Below, piece by piece: positions 14,096 to 27,895 of a stretch of 64,000 nucleotides of DNA (position 1 is the first letter of the stretch; each line of letters begins with the position of its first letter). Made by a program: the position numbers and the translations under genes. The notes below the pieces were generated by a model, which saw nothing but the letters and a program-made list of their open reading frames with translations, did not search any database and was not told the origin of the DNA. The DNA is from Eledone cirrhosa (Eukaryota). The stretch spans positions 76,880,001 through 76,944,000 of the forward strand of contig OZ024747.1 of assembly GCA_964016885.1 (NCBI GenBank), in the 5' to 3' direction.

Positions 14096-14712
14096 ATGTG
14101 TGTGCTTGAGTGTTTATATATATGTATATGTAAGTAAATGTCTATATGAGCGTGACGATTATATTTATATATTAACACACACATTATATATATATATATA
14201 TATTTCTGTGTACACGTGTGTGTGTCGGTGTCTGTGTAGATGTGTGTGTGTGTGTGTGTCGGTGTCTGTTGGTGTCTGTGTAGATGTGTGTGTGTGTCGG
14301 TGTATGTGTATGAGTGCGTGTCCAAGTGGATGAATGTAAAAGAGAGAAAATTAGAGTGAAAGAGTGTCAGTGTGTCTGTGTGTGTGTCTGTGTGTATATG
14401 AGGTGTGTATATGTCAGTAAACATGTCTGTGTCAGTCAGTGTGTCTCTCTCTGTGTATATGAGGTGTGTATATGTCAGTAAAGATGTCTGTGTATATAAA
14501 TAAATCTATGTTAATGAATCTAACCTTTCATTGACAGCAGTCATCTTGTTGTAAATTAGTAAATTGGCAGGAGTGATTGACATATGAAGATGTCATACTA
14601 GAAAGATGTCACATTGTCACACATATATGATAGAAACTCTTAGGACAAAGATAGATGAAAGGGGGGATCATATTTAGGCTTCAATCAGGGTTTTCTCTGT
14701 AGACAAATATAA

Positions 14713-14835
14713 TTAACCCTTTAGCATTTAAACCGGCCATATCCGGCCAGAATTCTCTCACCCCTTTCTGTTTAAACTGGTCGTAACCGGCCACTCATAC
14801 TGATGTTAAGGTATTGTTCAGAATATAAATGATAT
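14713..14835 (+). mobile_element. piggyBac-type MITE, partial
   Basis: TTAACCCTTTAGCATTTAAACCGGCC end; homologous to the full copies at 24492 and 25448. Confidence 0.7.
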
Positions 14836-15075
14836 CGAAAGTACTGCAGTTGTCTGATCAACAGAATAAGCATTTTCATGAATTAACACATAAGTGGTTG
14901 AGCACTCCACAGACATGTACTCTTGGGTCCAAAATAATAGGGGAGGGGGCAATAAGAGGAGGGAGTGCTAATTTTTCTAGGTTGTCTCCCTTGATTTTTT
15001 AAAAACCAGAATTAGTCAATTAGTGACCGCAACCTATCCATAATGTATGGGATTTCTTGTTTTTTTTTATTTTAC

Positions 15076-15362
15076 CTGGCTTTTCAACAACAGCAACAAC
15101 AGCAACAAGAGCAATAAAATATCACATGATCCACATGACAGGTGTAATGAGTCCGAACATGGAAGAGCCGAACTTCCACCGTCATCACCTCCATCTCTCT
15201 CGCCCTCCTTATCTCCCTGTATAGTGACCAAATATGGTCCCACATGCTGGCCGCCCCACAGCTCAGGCAGACAAGATGGAGAAGGCATTTCCCCCGGAGG
15301 GTGGTAAGGGAGATGTGCTGGAAGAGCCATTGCATCTCGCTTTCTTGATGTTTTCTTAGTGT
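15076..15362 (-). CDS. Candidate spliced exon (287 bp) of an unidentified host gene
   Basis: Largely non-repetitive, GC-richer island. Acceptor TTTAATTTTCTTTAG| and donor CAG|GTAAAA on -. One frame is open end to end (TKKTSRKRDAMALPAHLPYHPPG...CDILLLLLLLLLLLKSQ). No homology recognised. Confidence 0.4.
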
Positions 15363-15815
15363 CTAAAGAAAATTAAATCTTGCAGGAATGCCAGCACTTA
15401 AAATAAAATTTCATCAGAGATAGATTAGCAAAATTTAATAAATGTGGGAAGGAGTGGATAACTATTATTTGAAATGTGAAAGTAGACTCTTAACATAATT
15501 CTCAGGGAGATTCAGAGGGACATAGTTTGTATATGACAAATAACAAGACTGGCCTTTTGAATTACAGATAAAGTCTATCCAACAGGCTTCCATACAGCTA
15601 CAGTTTACACAATTTCACTGAAAAAGCTTGAATCAAAACCAGGCTTTTGTAAAGACATTTTCTCAAGATGCCACATAATGGGATTGAACCAGGGACCTAA
15701 TGATTATAAAGTGAATGTCTTAACCACTTAGTCATGTCTCAGCTACGACAATTATGTATATATGAGTGTGTTTCTATATAGACACACAGACCCATACATA
15801 CATAATTGCTTGTTG

Positions 15816-15878
<63 letters not shown>

Positions 15879-15957
15879 TCACAGTCTGCCAAAAAGATGT
15901 ATACACACTTTGGGAAAAGAAAAACTTGTATAAAATATTTAACTTGTTTAAATACCA

Positions 15958-16047
<90 letters not shown>

Positions 16048-16158
16048 ACATACACACACATGAATTTCCATTCATGCAAGAAATGTATTGTTGAATAATT
16101 GAATCTATATATATATATCTTTTCCTGAAGTGTGTACACATTTTATTGGCAGACTCAG
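15879..16158. mobile_element. Tc1/mariner-type MITE
   Basis: Imperfect TIRs AGTCTGCCAAAAAGATGTATACACACTT / AAGTGTGTACACATTTTATTGGCAGACT, embedded in (TA)n. Confidence 0.7.
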
Positions 16159-16174
16159 TATATATATATATATG

Positions 16175-16210
<36 letters not shown>

Positions 16211-16814
16211 TGTATGTATGTATGTATGTATGTATGTATGTATGTATGTATGTATGTGTGTGTGTGCGTGCATGTGTGTTTATACATATCAGGTTTCCCT
16301 CACAAGACACTGGTCAACTCAATTCTATAGTAGAAGACATTTATCCAAGATATGCAGTGGAACTGAAGCTAAAGCCACAAAGTAAAGCAAACTTCTTAGG
16401 TTTATTTCAGCTATAATGATTAAGGCTTTAATGGAACACTACCTTCAATAGGAACACAAAAATTATGTAATTACTTGGCTAGAGATGCCAAACTATTTCT
16501 GTATGCATTTTTAAATGCATTAGTTTATCAACAGTGTTGTGTGTACCATAGACTGACGAGGAGGAGGAGGTGAAGGAGGAGAGTGATGGGGGGGGGGGGG
16601 GGTATAAAAACAAACAAGGAAACAAAACTGTAGATATTGGTAATTACATTTTACTGATTAAACAGAGACTGGGTAATTATATTGAAGATAGGTGGAGGGC
16701 TTTAATGGATCAATTTTCTAAGTGAAGAGAATTATGGCTTTGTTCTTGGTGTTGTTGTTGTGTTCTTAATTTGTAAGTAGCTGATCAGAAAATGAAACTG
16801 TTCCGCAAGGACTG

Positions 16815-16846
16815 TAGATAGTAGTAGTAGTAGTAGTAGTAGTATG

Positions 16847-16903
<57 letters not shown>

Positions 16904-16905
16904 TG

Positions 16906-16941
<36 letters not shown>

Positions 16942-16943
16942 TG

Positions 16944-16976
<33 letters not shown>

Positions 16977-16978
16977 TG

Positions 16979-17014
<36 letters not shown>

Positions 17015-17065
17015 TGGTAGTAGTAGTAGTAGTAGTAGTAGTATGGTAGTAGTAGTGGTAGTGGT
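16815..17065. repeat. (TAG)n microsatellite with periodic TGG interruptions
   Basis: Direct inspection. Confidence 0.95.
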
Positions 17066-18603
17066 GAATTATACAATAGTAGGGAGGATGGTAGCTGATA
17101 GCAAGAAGACAAATACATCTGTTCAGGGTTGGATATATTGAGGGGGGAGTGGGCGAATGGTCTGGGCACCACTTTAGGAAGAGCCTTTGGCTCTCCAAAC
17201 CTGAACCGTCCTAGGCTCCCAAAACTTAAACCATCCTGGGCCCCCAAAACTTGAACTGTCCTGGACCCCCAAAACTTGAACTGCCCAAACCTGAACTGCC
17301 CCAAGCACCCCAAACCTGAGTTTCCCCTAAGGTCTAAATATGGCACTGCACCTTTTGATGAAAGATAGTCCTGTTGGAGATTATGTTTGGACTTTGCTAC
17401 AATTGAAAATGAAAAATAGTCTTTACCATATTTCTAATAAACGATACTACCTATGATTTTCAAGTTATTTTGACAGGACCCGTTGGAAGGAGTGTTTGAG
17501 GACTCTGACCCCCATGGCCCTTTCAAAAATATATAGACAAAGAAGATGTACTGGGGTTGGTTCTACCTCTATATCACTTTCTCCCTCCCTTTCTATCGCT
17601 TTATTTTCTTCTCTGGAAGAAACTGCAGTGTTCAGACCTGGAAAGGGGATGGGCTCCATCAGGTTTAAAAAATGCCCAAGACAACATCCTTAGAGTTGAT
17701 GCTATGATACAGTGCACCAGGTACACTCTGTAGAATGCAAAAACACATGTAAATATCTGAGGAGTCAGTGGCTATAATTAAATAGTTTTAATCCGTAATG
17801 ACTTGGCCAGCCCTTGTTAGCAGGGAAAAAGGATGTAAAATGTTGTTGATGATGATGATGATGATGATGGTGGTGATAGTGATGATGGTGATAGTGATGA
17901 TGATGATAGTTGCCCAACAGGTTTTATGTCTACACACGATAAAGAGAAAGAATATCTATCTTCTGTCTGTCTAGAAAGGAAATTAAAACCTACAGCTATT
18001 TATAGTGTATACAAACTAATACACATCTAAATTGGTAAGTCTGATTTGCATAACAGTACATGCAATGACAATATGGATAAATTTATTCATTCATAATACA
18101 TTATACTACTGAAACTAATAACATTAGTTATGTTTAGAGTAAATTCCAGACAACATGAAAAGATATGGGAGGAGTATGGCATACACACACACACACATAC
18201 ATAAATAAATACATACACACACACACATACATACATACATAAATAGATGGTGAGATGAATTGGCAGTGTTCTGCAAAGCATTATACACATACAGATACAA
18301 ACATACATACAAATACAGACACACATACAGATACACATACAGACACGCATACAAATACACATATAGATATGAATAAACTGAAAAAGTAGCACACATGACC
18401 ACAGAAAACAATAAAACATTTGTTGTTGTAAATATGCGGTGAGCCAAGCAGGGAGAGAGAGATAAAGTGAAAGAAAAGATACAAGAGATGTTGGATAGAA
18501 GATGAGGAAATTATATATATATATATATGAAAAGATTTAGGACCCCCGACGGCTGAGCTCCAGCTGTTTCGACCGCTAGATATATATATATATATATATA
18601 TCG

Positions 18604-18878
18604 AGGCCGAAACAAATGAAATCGTGTAGGTGTCACGACAAAAAAACACACAGTCCACGCTGTAATGTGGCCGTGTAGGCAACACGGTAAAAACCTCCCA
18701 GACCCACACTGTAAATGTGGTTGGTGTTAGGAAGGGCATCCAACTGTAGAAAACCTGCCAGACAGTCCTATGCGAGCAAGACAATCACTCTTGCCTCAAG
18801 TGGGACTACCCCCGTCCAAACCCATGCAAGCGTGGAACACGGACGTTAAACGTTGATGATGATGATGATGATGATGAT
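18604..18878 (+). mobile_element. RTE LINE 3' UTR fragment
   Basis: Closely similar to 44445-44703 and ends in (GAT)n. Confidence 0.85.
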
Positions 18879-19175
18879 ATCATCATCATTTTACGTCCAC
18901 TTTTCCCTGCTTGCAAGGGTGGGATGGGTACAATTCAGCACAGCATCTCTCCGCCTGTCGTGGTCCTTCGTCATCTCCTCTATGAGCTTCAGCGATCTGA
19001 GGTCAGCTCTCACCACTTCTGCATATGTTTTTCGTGGTCTTCCTCTACTGCGTCTTCCTTCTACTGGGATTTTTTGGCACTTCTTTACCTACCGGTCATC
19101 CTCCATGTGCATCACATGTCCATACCATCACAGTCTTCTCTCCCACACACTACAACACAGCTTCTCTCTCAACAC
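18879..19175 (-). mobile_element. Second RTE-family LINE 3' fragment, decayed
   Basis: Reverse strand reads ERRL*WYGHVMHMEDD...GRPRKT..., then tail CCCACCCTTGCAAGCAGGGAAAAGTGGACGTAAAATGATG. Confidence 0.8.
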
Positions 19176-19191
19176 ATCCATGTGTGTATGT

Positions 19192-19497
19192 GAAGGCACA
19201 TTGCTTAGTTGTAAGAGCGTTCGGCATGCAATCAAGAGATTGTGAGTACAATTTTCTGACTGACTGGTGTGTTGTGTTCTTCAGCAAAGCACTTTATTCC
19301 ACATTGCTCCAGTTCACTCAGCTGCAGAAATAAGTTGCAATGTCACTGGTGCCAAGCTGTATTGGCCCTTGGACAACATCAGTGGCATGGAGAGGGAAGA
19401 CTGATATGCATGGGTGACTACTGGTCTTCCACAAACATACCTTGCTCAGGCTTGTGTCCTGAGGGGGAAATTTCTAGGGGAAAAACCATGGTCATAT
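19192..19497 (+). mobile_element. tRNA-derived CORE-like SINE with a distinct 3' body
   Basis: Head GAAGGCACATTGCTTAGTTG and core GCAAAGCACTTTATTCCACATTGCTCCAGTTCACTCAGCTG shared with 47994; the tail differs. Confidence 0.75.
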
Positions 19498-19508
19498 GTG
19501 AAGATTTT

Positions 19509-19562
<54 letters not shown>

Positions 19563-19681
19563 AATACACACATACAGACACTCACAAAAATCATCATCAC
19601 TTTGCATCTGCTTTCTATGTTGGCATGGGTTGGACATATCACAGTCAGAGACTAAACTTAGAGAATCACATCTTGTTCATA

Positions 19682-19712
<31 letters not shown>

Positions 19713-20819
19713 TGTGTTTGTGTGTGTGAGTGTATAAGTTGCAAGAAAGAGGATAATGAAGTAATGACTTGTTTCTACACCATTACACCTCTTTATTGAA
19801 CAGGCTCCCTAGAACATGTGGCTTATCTCATGTGGCTTTTCCTATTATCACTTTTCACAGGATGGAAAATGTTAATGAGGAGAGAGGACAACACAGACTT
19901 CTATATCATATCTTTCCATTTGTGTGGGACAGGTAGATATAAAGAGAAGAAGGTAATGTGGTGAATGTTATATCTGAAAACACATTCACAGCATAGAATT
20001 TACTAAACTTACAGATCTACTATTGTCTCTACCAAAGCTGCAAACCTTCTTCAATAGATACAAAGGCTGTTTGTAATACTGAGAGAGAGAGTAGCAGTAG
20101 TCAGTGTGATCTCATCTGATAGAGAGAGAAGCAGTAAAAATGTGTGTACTGAAACAGTGTGGTCTCATCAGAGAGAGAGAGAGAGATAGATAGAGAGAGA
20201 GAGATAGAGAGAGAGAGAGTAGTAGTAGTAGAAACGTGTGTACTGAACCTGTGTGGTCTCATCTGACAGAGAGAGAGAGAGAGTAGTAGAAATGAACCTG
20301 TGTGATCTCATATAATTATGGTAGATATGGGTCAATCACTGTGTGTCTCAACAGCAATGATGTGTGTTTGGATGTTCATGTCCCTCATAAACAATACAAC
20401 CTGCAGCTTAGCAGTTTGACAAGCATCAACAATATATAACAAACATAAACATAATAAAGTTGGTATCAGGAAAGGTATCTGGTTGTTGAAAAACTGCCTC
20501 AAAAAAACATCCAATCCAACCCTTGCCAGGAAGGAAAACCAGATAAAAAAACAATGATATGATGGGTGTTTTCTTATGTAAATATATCCACCATTTGTCT
20601 AGAGGGTTTGATAATATAACTTATTCCTCAGTTGTAAATCATTTCTCTAAAATCAAGTTGTTTGTAACATAACTCTTAACATGAGTAATAATTTAGCATG
20701 AATTTTGGGTAATGACAAAACGAATATGATTGTGAGTACAAACGGTTGAAATGGGGTTCGTCAGAAGAGTCTATGGAGTAATATTACTCAATGGAATGCA
20801 TATCTCAGAGATCAGAGAG

Positions 20820-21115
20820 TCGCTCCAGGTAGAGCTGCTACTTCTATGAATTGAAAGATCACAGCTCTGATATTACGGGCATGTGGTTAGAGGGAATCAG
20901 GAAAAAAAATCATTGGATAGATATTATGGGTAAAACCCAGGGGTAGACCCTGAGCAGGACGGTGGGATAACATCCATGGGTATGGCTGGATTTGCTTGGG
21001 GATCCAGGTGGATCTGTTGGAAATGTTTTCTTCTAACAGGACCCCCTGGAAGGAGTGTTTGAGGACTCTTCCCTCACAACACTCCCAGGAATAAGTGGGT
21101 GAAGAAGAAGAAGAT
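20820..21115 (+). mobile_element. Decayed LINE 3' end (RTE-like) ending in (GAA)n
   Basis: GGGCATGTGGTTAGAGGG (GHVVRG) and GGTAGACCC (GRP). Related pieces at 17470-17515 (+) and 45510-45685 (-). Confidence 0.55.
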
Positions 21116-22060
21116 ATCTAAAAATGAATTTCTTAATTGAAATATATTTTTAGTAGTAGATAGATCATTGTGGAAATTTTTAGTAAACTAAAGTAAAGGA
21201 TTTAATTTTCAATATGATGCCATCTTAGGGTCGTTTGTACTTTTTAGGAATGTCCCTGCTAACGTGGTTTCATGTGGCACAAAACATTATGAGTTTACAG
21301 AAAGTTCTTATATAAAATTTTGAAAGGAGATTTAAATATAAATAAATACTTAAAAGTAATTATATCATAAAAGAGTCATTGTAACCATTCAAAAATAGAC
21401 ATGTAGTCATTCAACAACACATGTAGCCATTCATAAACACACATGTAGTCATGCAACAACACATGTAGCCATTCAACAACACATGTAGTCCTTCAAAAAC
21501 ATGGGTACATGTCACATATATTCCCACAATCTACTGAGTGCACCCGGTACATTTTATCAAGACAACAGCATAAGAGAGGGTGTCATGTTTTGACACAACT
21601 GAAGAGTCCTCCCAACACTCTGGTTGGTATGTTTTCTATGGGTGAATGCTCTTCCTATCACCAATCATTTTACAGAGTGTACTGGGTGCATTTATCATGT
21701 CACCAATATAGGATAGGTTGTCATGCCCTTGTCACAACCCTTTTTGGTTCTACAGCTGGACGTCCTTCCTATCACCAATCACCCTACAGAGTGTACTGAG
21801 AGCATTTTGTATGACGCCAGCACTAGAGGGTTTGTCGGCTATTAATTCACCTAAAGAGCCCTCTCTCTTTGCTATATGAGGGGTTAAATGTATATGTGAG
21901 TGTGTATTTGACTGTGTGTGTGTTTGTCTGTGTGTTTGAGTGTTTGACTCTGCGTGTGTGTGTGTGTTTGACTGTGTGAGTGTGTTTGACTCTGCGTGAG
22001 GGTGTTTGACTCTGCGTGTGTGTGTGTATTTGACTCTGCGTGTGTGTGTGTGTGTGTTTG

Positions 22061-22094
<34 letters not shown>

Positions 22095-23159
22095 ACTCTG
22101 CGTGAGTGTTTTTGTCTGTGCGTGTGTCTTCGCTTCATATTCTTGGGCAGTAATGTTTATGCCCCACAGCCCAGAAGGTCAACATACAACCAGTACCTTG
22201 ATTAAAAAAACAAGGATTGGCTTCACTAAGGACATTCAGCCCTGGAATTCTGCCTGAAAAATTATCTTTTCCAAACCATTCCAGTATGGAATGGCCGCTG
22301 CAAAAACAGTGAAAATGTTGCTGCTGCTGATGATGATGATGATGGTAGCAGTGGGTGAGGAGGAAGAATGGAAGGTGTAGGAGTGGAAGGTGGAGGAGTG
22401 GAAGGTGGAGGAATGGAAGGTGGAATGGAAGGTGGAGGAGTGAGAGGAGGAATACTGACAAAACAGTGAGAAAAAGCTGCTAAACTATGGGAATCTAAGA
22501 TGGTGAGGGGTGGGGTGTTGGGGTGTTTGAAATATAAAATAAATATAAATATAAATATAAATATAAATAAAAATGAAATAAAAAAAACATTCTCAAAGAA
22601 TTGTAATGAATCTTAAGAAGAACAGAAAACAGCTGATGTAATACGATAAGATAGGAGTGGAATTGGACTGAAATAGAGCAAGTTGTGAAAGGTATCAGTT
22701 GTTGTGGTAATGGTGGCAGCAGCAATGTCAGAAGATCCACATTGCTCCAAGATGTGGCTGTCGTTTCTGATTAGTCCTACTTCAGGTTAACGAAAAAACA
22801 CAAAAAAAATCAGTGGTTAAAAAAAGTCCAACTTACTTTTTAAAAAAGAAAAACAAACGTTCTTTTAGTAATTTAGGTGTTGGCAGCAGACAATAAATAA
22901 ATAAATAAGCATAAGAGAAGTTAGTAAGAAGTCTAGTATGTTCTTAGAAGGAACCTATTGACATCAGTCTAAATATACCAAATATCACCCACCTCCACAC
23001 ACCAAACCACCCCCAACAACCAAAGTAGCTTGCATTCTTGGACTTTCAACAAAAATAACATTTTAGTAATTCATAAAGAATGTTTCTAGCTACCGACCAA
23101 CCAGAAGAGAAAAGAAACATTCTACAAAGAAAATACCACACTAACTGATGCTCATTCTT

Positions 23160-23838
23160 AACAACAAACCACACAGTTTTAAATCTTGGTCACCTCTGAT
23201 GTTGAACTAACAACAAACCACAACAGTTTTAAATCTTGGTCACCTCTGATGTTGACCTAACAACTAACCACAACAGTTTTAAACATTGGTCAGCTCTGAT
23301 ATCTAACTCACAACAAACCACAACAGTTTTAAATCTTGGTCACCTCTGATGTTGACCTAACAACAAACCACAACAGTTTTTAATCTTGGTCACCTCTGAT
23401 GTTGACCTAACAACAAACCACAACAGTTTTAAATCTTGGTCACCTCTGATGTTGACCTAACAACAAACCACAACAGTTTTAAATCTTGGTCACCTCTGAT
23501 GTTGACCTAACAACTAACCACAACAGTTTTAAACATTGGTCAGCTCTGATATCTAACTCACAACAAATCACAACAGTTTTAAATCTAGGTCACCTCTTAT
23601 GTCTGACTCACAACTAACCATAACATTTTAAAACTCAGTCAGCTCTGATGTCTAACTCACAACTAACCACAACAGTTTTAAAACTCAGTCACCTCTTATG
23701 TCCAATTCACAACAAGCCATAACAGTTTTAAAACTCAGTCACCTCTGATGTTGACCTAACAACTAACCACAACAGTTTTAAATCTTGGTTACCTCTGATG
23801 TCTAACTCACAACAATCATTTTTAAACCTCGGTCAGCT
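23160..23838. repeat. 50-bp minisatellite, about 13 copies
   Basis: Unit CAACAGTTTTAAATCTTGGTCACCTCTGATGTTGACCTAACAACAAACCA. Confidence 0.95.
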
Positions 23839-24005
23839 CTCATAGATTCGATATTGTGAGATATATGAGATAAAGCCTTTACCATGAACATATAAGAGTT
23901 TATATAGAGTAATCTAAATGGTAAAGGGTTAATCGCATCCCTCTCTAATATGACCAGTAACATAGTTGTTCATAATATCATAGGTATGATGAAATTCAGT
24001 CCCAT

Positions 24006-24226
24006 TTAACTCTTAACATCCTGAAATCATTTAGCACGAAACATCTAAAAGCATATTTGTTGATTCAAATATCTAGTGTCTCTTCACTAATGGAAATTGG
24101 AAAGATTTGCAGTAAACTAAAGTAAATATTTTCATTTTTAATACGATGTAGTTGTAGTGCAGTTTTGTTGTTTTCAAGAATGTTTTGCTAATAAGATTTG
24201 ATGCAGTAAAGGATGTTAAGAGCTAA
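24006..24226. mobile_element. TTAA-flanked MITE (piggyBac-like), second family
   Basis: TIRs TTAACTCTTAACATCC / GGATGTTAAGAGCTAA. Confidence 0.55.
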
Positions 24227-24491
24227 AGACCTATTCTTTTTATATGTACTACATTACTGTTAATTGCTATATATCTTACAACACATCATAATATCTAATC
24301 TTTCTTTTTAAAACTGAAATAGAGGAGATATGGACTTGGCAAGTAATAGCAATGACGCCCAGTTGAGCAGTAATGTTGAAGAAAAAAAGCTGACAGAGTA
24401 TAGAAGCTTCATTTGTCCCATTACAGACAACTTCTTTAATGCTGATAGCACAATAAAATACATCTAGTCTTTTATGTATATAGTTTGAGTA

Positions 24492-24720
24492 TTAACCCTT
24501 CAGCATTTACATTACTCTATAAATACTATTATAATTTTGTGGTAAAGGCTTTATCTCACATAATTATCTCATATAATATTGAATCTATGAGGTTTTTATA
24601 TTATCTATTTTGAGAACAATACCTTAACATCAATAAGAGTGGCCGGTTATGGCTAGTTTGAACAGAAAGAGGTAAAAATATTCTGGTTGGATATGGCCGG
24701 TTTAAATGCTAAAAGGTTAA
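24492..24720 (-). mobile_element. piggyBac-type MITE, complete
   Basis: TTAA|CCCTTCAGCATTTA ... TAAATGCTAAAAGG|TTAA, giving a TTAA target duplication and CCC-starting TIRs. Confidence 0.85.
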
Positions 24721-24854
24721 GATGTAAACTCCATGCTCAAAACATGGCATACACAACAGAGATTTACAGTTTACTCTAATGCTGTGTGTGCCAGGTGTTC
24801 AAGAATTGCTATGTGTGACGATATACAGTGAGACTATCCAACACATACCAGTCT

Positions 24855-25142
24855 AGAAAGTCTTAAGTCTGCCTGGAGCCTGGAAGGTCATCAGGTCATC
24901 ACTTATCACAGTTTCTGTGGTATTAAGCAACTGAGAGTACAAGACTCCGCACTGGACATGATGCCAGTCAATCGCAGGATTTAACACCCAGATATTGCTG
25001 GTACTTATATTCAGCTGAGTATATTGGAGTAACATGAAATGGAGTGTTTTTCTCAAGAACACAACACACAACCCAGTCCAGGAATCAAACCCACAATATT
25101 ATGATTGTAAGTCCAACACCCTTACCACTAGGCCACATGCTT
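24855..25142 (-). mobile_element. SINE with tRNA head, CORE-like middle and V-domain-like 3' part
   Basis: Reverse strand: GCATGTGGCCTAGTGGTAAGGG head, TGTGTTCTTGAGAAAAACACT core, CCTGCGATTGACTGGCATCATGTCCAG. Confidence 0.7.
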
Positions 25143-25447
25143 CCCATAATATTTTTAAAAAGTGTATTTAACTTTTTTTTTAGTGTGAAATAAAATCTAA
25201 AAGAAATACAATTGTAAATTATATAATAGTGATGAGGTTGGTTACTATAGAAACATGTTTATTTGTGGCTGTTGAAAACAATGATGTATCTAGTTTTGTA
25301 CTACACAGATTTTATCAAGATTTAGAGACAGGTGTTGTTGTTGTGGCCACATGTGTGTCCTTACTGAGCAAACCTCATAATCAAAGGTGTTCCCACCACA
25401 ACCACCATAACTATATATGTAGGACTTTAGATATTTTTACTGTTCCA

Positions 25448-25665
25448 TTAACCCTTTAATGTTCAAACCGGCCAAAATTCTCTACCTCTTTCTGTTGAAA
25501 TTGGCTGTAACTGGTCGCTCAAACTGATGTTAAGGTATTGTTCTCAAAATAAATATTTTCAAAATCTCATAGTTTCGATATTATGTGAGATAATTATGTG
25601 AGGTAAAGCCTTTACCATGAAAATATGATAGTATATATAAAATAATGTGAACGCTAAAGGGTTAA
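25448..25665 (+). mobile_element. piggyBac-type MITE, complete, inverted relative to the 24492 copy
   Basis: TTAA|CCCTTTA ... GCTAAAGGG|TTAA; internal homology to 24492-24720. A partial right end also lies at 23838-23932. Confidence 0.85.
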
Positions 25666-25757
25666 GTATGTATGTACATATGTATGTATGCATGTATCTA
25701 CTTATATATGTATGTATGTATATATGTATGTATATACTGGTAACATGTAACCCAGTA

Positions 25758-26246
25758 CAACCTGTCGCATGGTCGGGTCGCCGGGGACTAAACCGGCAAC
25801 CCCACCAGGTTTACTTGGTGAGAAGGGTGATTTTGGACACCCTGCAGGACAAAAACAAAACCTGATTAAGGGCAGAAGAACTCATAAGGGTCAACGGTCA
25901 TCCGAAAGTGTGTAAATATGTATATACACATGTACCGCGCGGTTAAACCACTGGGAGTGAAGGATCCCTAGTCTTTGTCAGAGCATTCTTCTAGAAGGCA
26001 ACTCAGGAAACTGGGATAACTCCGATATAAAACCTGCGGCTCAGTAGTTACCAATGATGTTGATCTTTTCTTCTTTTCGGGTTATAGCTACTGTCGCTCA
26101 GAGAGTGGGATTGGCTCAGTGCACAGTCTTTCCTCACTTTAAAGAAATATCTTCAGGTACAGGCATTGCACGATAGAATTAATTAATAATTATTAATAAT
26201 GGTATATCGTGCAATGGTCATACTCGATAACGAGGGGGCAGCCATC
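25758..26246 (+). mobile_element. GC-rich, hairpin-rich insertion, possibly LINE 5' UTR-derived or a non-autonomous retroelement
   Basis: Interrupts a (TATG)n tract, contains several visible stem-loops and has no meaningful ORF. Confidence 0.4.
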
Positions 26247-27130
26247 ATATATGTATGTATATATGTATGTGTGTATGTATGTATCTATGTATGTATGTAT
26301 ATGTATGTATGTATGTATGTGTGTATGCAGATATCAGTGGTAATGACACCAACCAACCAAGGAAAGGTTGTCATTCTTTTGCTGGTTCACTCTGGCTCTC
26401 TTCCATGTAAAACCTCACTGGATGTTACCTGAAGGTCCCCTCCCAGAAGACAGAAGAGAGAAGTAATCTGAAGAAGATTCACAGGTCAAGCAACAGTGGA
26501 GAGGTCATTTCCTACCCACTACCCTACCCACCTCCCACCCACACATATATGTGGGAGGGAGGAGGTCAGATAGAGAGATTTTAAGGAAGAGAATGTAAGG
26601 AACAAAAACGAGAGATAGATAGAGAGATAGAACAGAGAGAGGAAGGGATAGAGAGATAGAACAGAGAGAGGAAAGGATAGAGAGATAGAACAGAGAGAGG
26701 AAGGGATAGAGAGATAGAACAGAGAGAGGAAGGGATAGAGAGAGGAAGGGATAAGTAGATAGAGAGATAGAGTGGATTGAGAGAGAGGGAGGGATAAGTA
26801 CATAGAGAGAGAGAATAGGGAGAGGGAAGGATAAGTAGATATAAAGGGAGGCTGAGAAAAATATCTAGTAAGATTGAGAAGATAAGCTGGGGGGGGGGGG
26901 GGTATTAAAGAAGACATACAAGAGAGATAAACAATAATTTTAGTGTTCTTTATGAATGTAGTAGTAGTAGTAGTAGTATTTATAAAGTGATAGAGGGGGG
27001 TTGTTGTAGTGGTAGTAGTGATAGAGGTGATTGTTGTAGGGGTGGTTGTATTGACATGGGAGGTCATGATAAAAATGACTTAACACACTTTTATATTTAT
27101 CATGAAACACCACCCCCTACACACAAGTAT

Positions 27131-27188
<58 letters not shown>

Positions 27189-27217
27189 GTATGTATGTAA
27201 AAGGTAAACAGAAATAA

Positions 27218-27895
27218 CAACACAATTGGAAACTGTTCAGAGATGTGCAACCAAGCACATACCCTCCATCAGACACCTACCATACTCTGAACGCCTTGCT
27301 TCCCTGGGCATGGATTCATTGAAGCTCCGACGTCTGGCAATGGACTTGGTGAATACCCACAAAGTTATTAACCATCTCGCCAATTGCAACCCTGAGCACC
27401 TTTTTGATCTCCATGTGTCTAACACACATGGACATGCCTACAAAATCAGAAAACAGCACAGCCCCCATGACTTTCGTAGACATTTTTTCACGCTCAGAGT
27501 TGGTGAAGCATGGAACAAACTGCCTGCGTCAGTTGTTAGCTGCCGCGACACTGCATCCTTTAAGACACTCATGCTCCCCGAAATACGCCAAAACTACACC
27601 TGATGTACCCCTTCCATACACATGCACACATGTGTGTATCATGACTTGTGCACTGTTCATTTTACTGATGTTTTTGCATTGCCCTATGTACTGTACATGC
27701 ACTTTTTGATGAGTTGTGGTGCACCTGGGCACTGTACACAATATTTCATTATTATTATTGTTGTTGTTATTATATCATGACTCATACACTGTTCATTTTC
27801 CTGACATTTGTACATTATTCTATGTACTATACATGCACCTTTGATGAGTTGTAGTGCACCTGAGCACTGTACACAATAATTTCATTATTATTATA
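27218..27895 (+). mobile_element. CR1-group LINE 3' fragment with duplicated 3' UTR
   Basis: ORF 27226-27603 (ETVQRCATKHIP...YSERLASLG..SLKLRRL..DL...THGH...RHFFTLRVGEAWNKLP) has typical CR1 ORF2 C-terminal motifs; (ATT)n tails. Confidence 0.9.

Noticed and set aside
17125-17348. hAT-like element with internal CCCCAAAACTTGAAC repeats
   Set aside because: The CAG...CTG ends match poorly and no target duplication is visible
26118-26156. Hammerhead on - (CTGAAGA...GAAA)
   Set aside because: Stem II is weak and stems I and III do not pair
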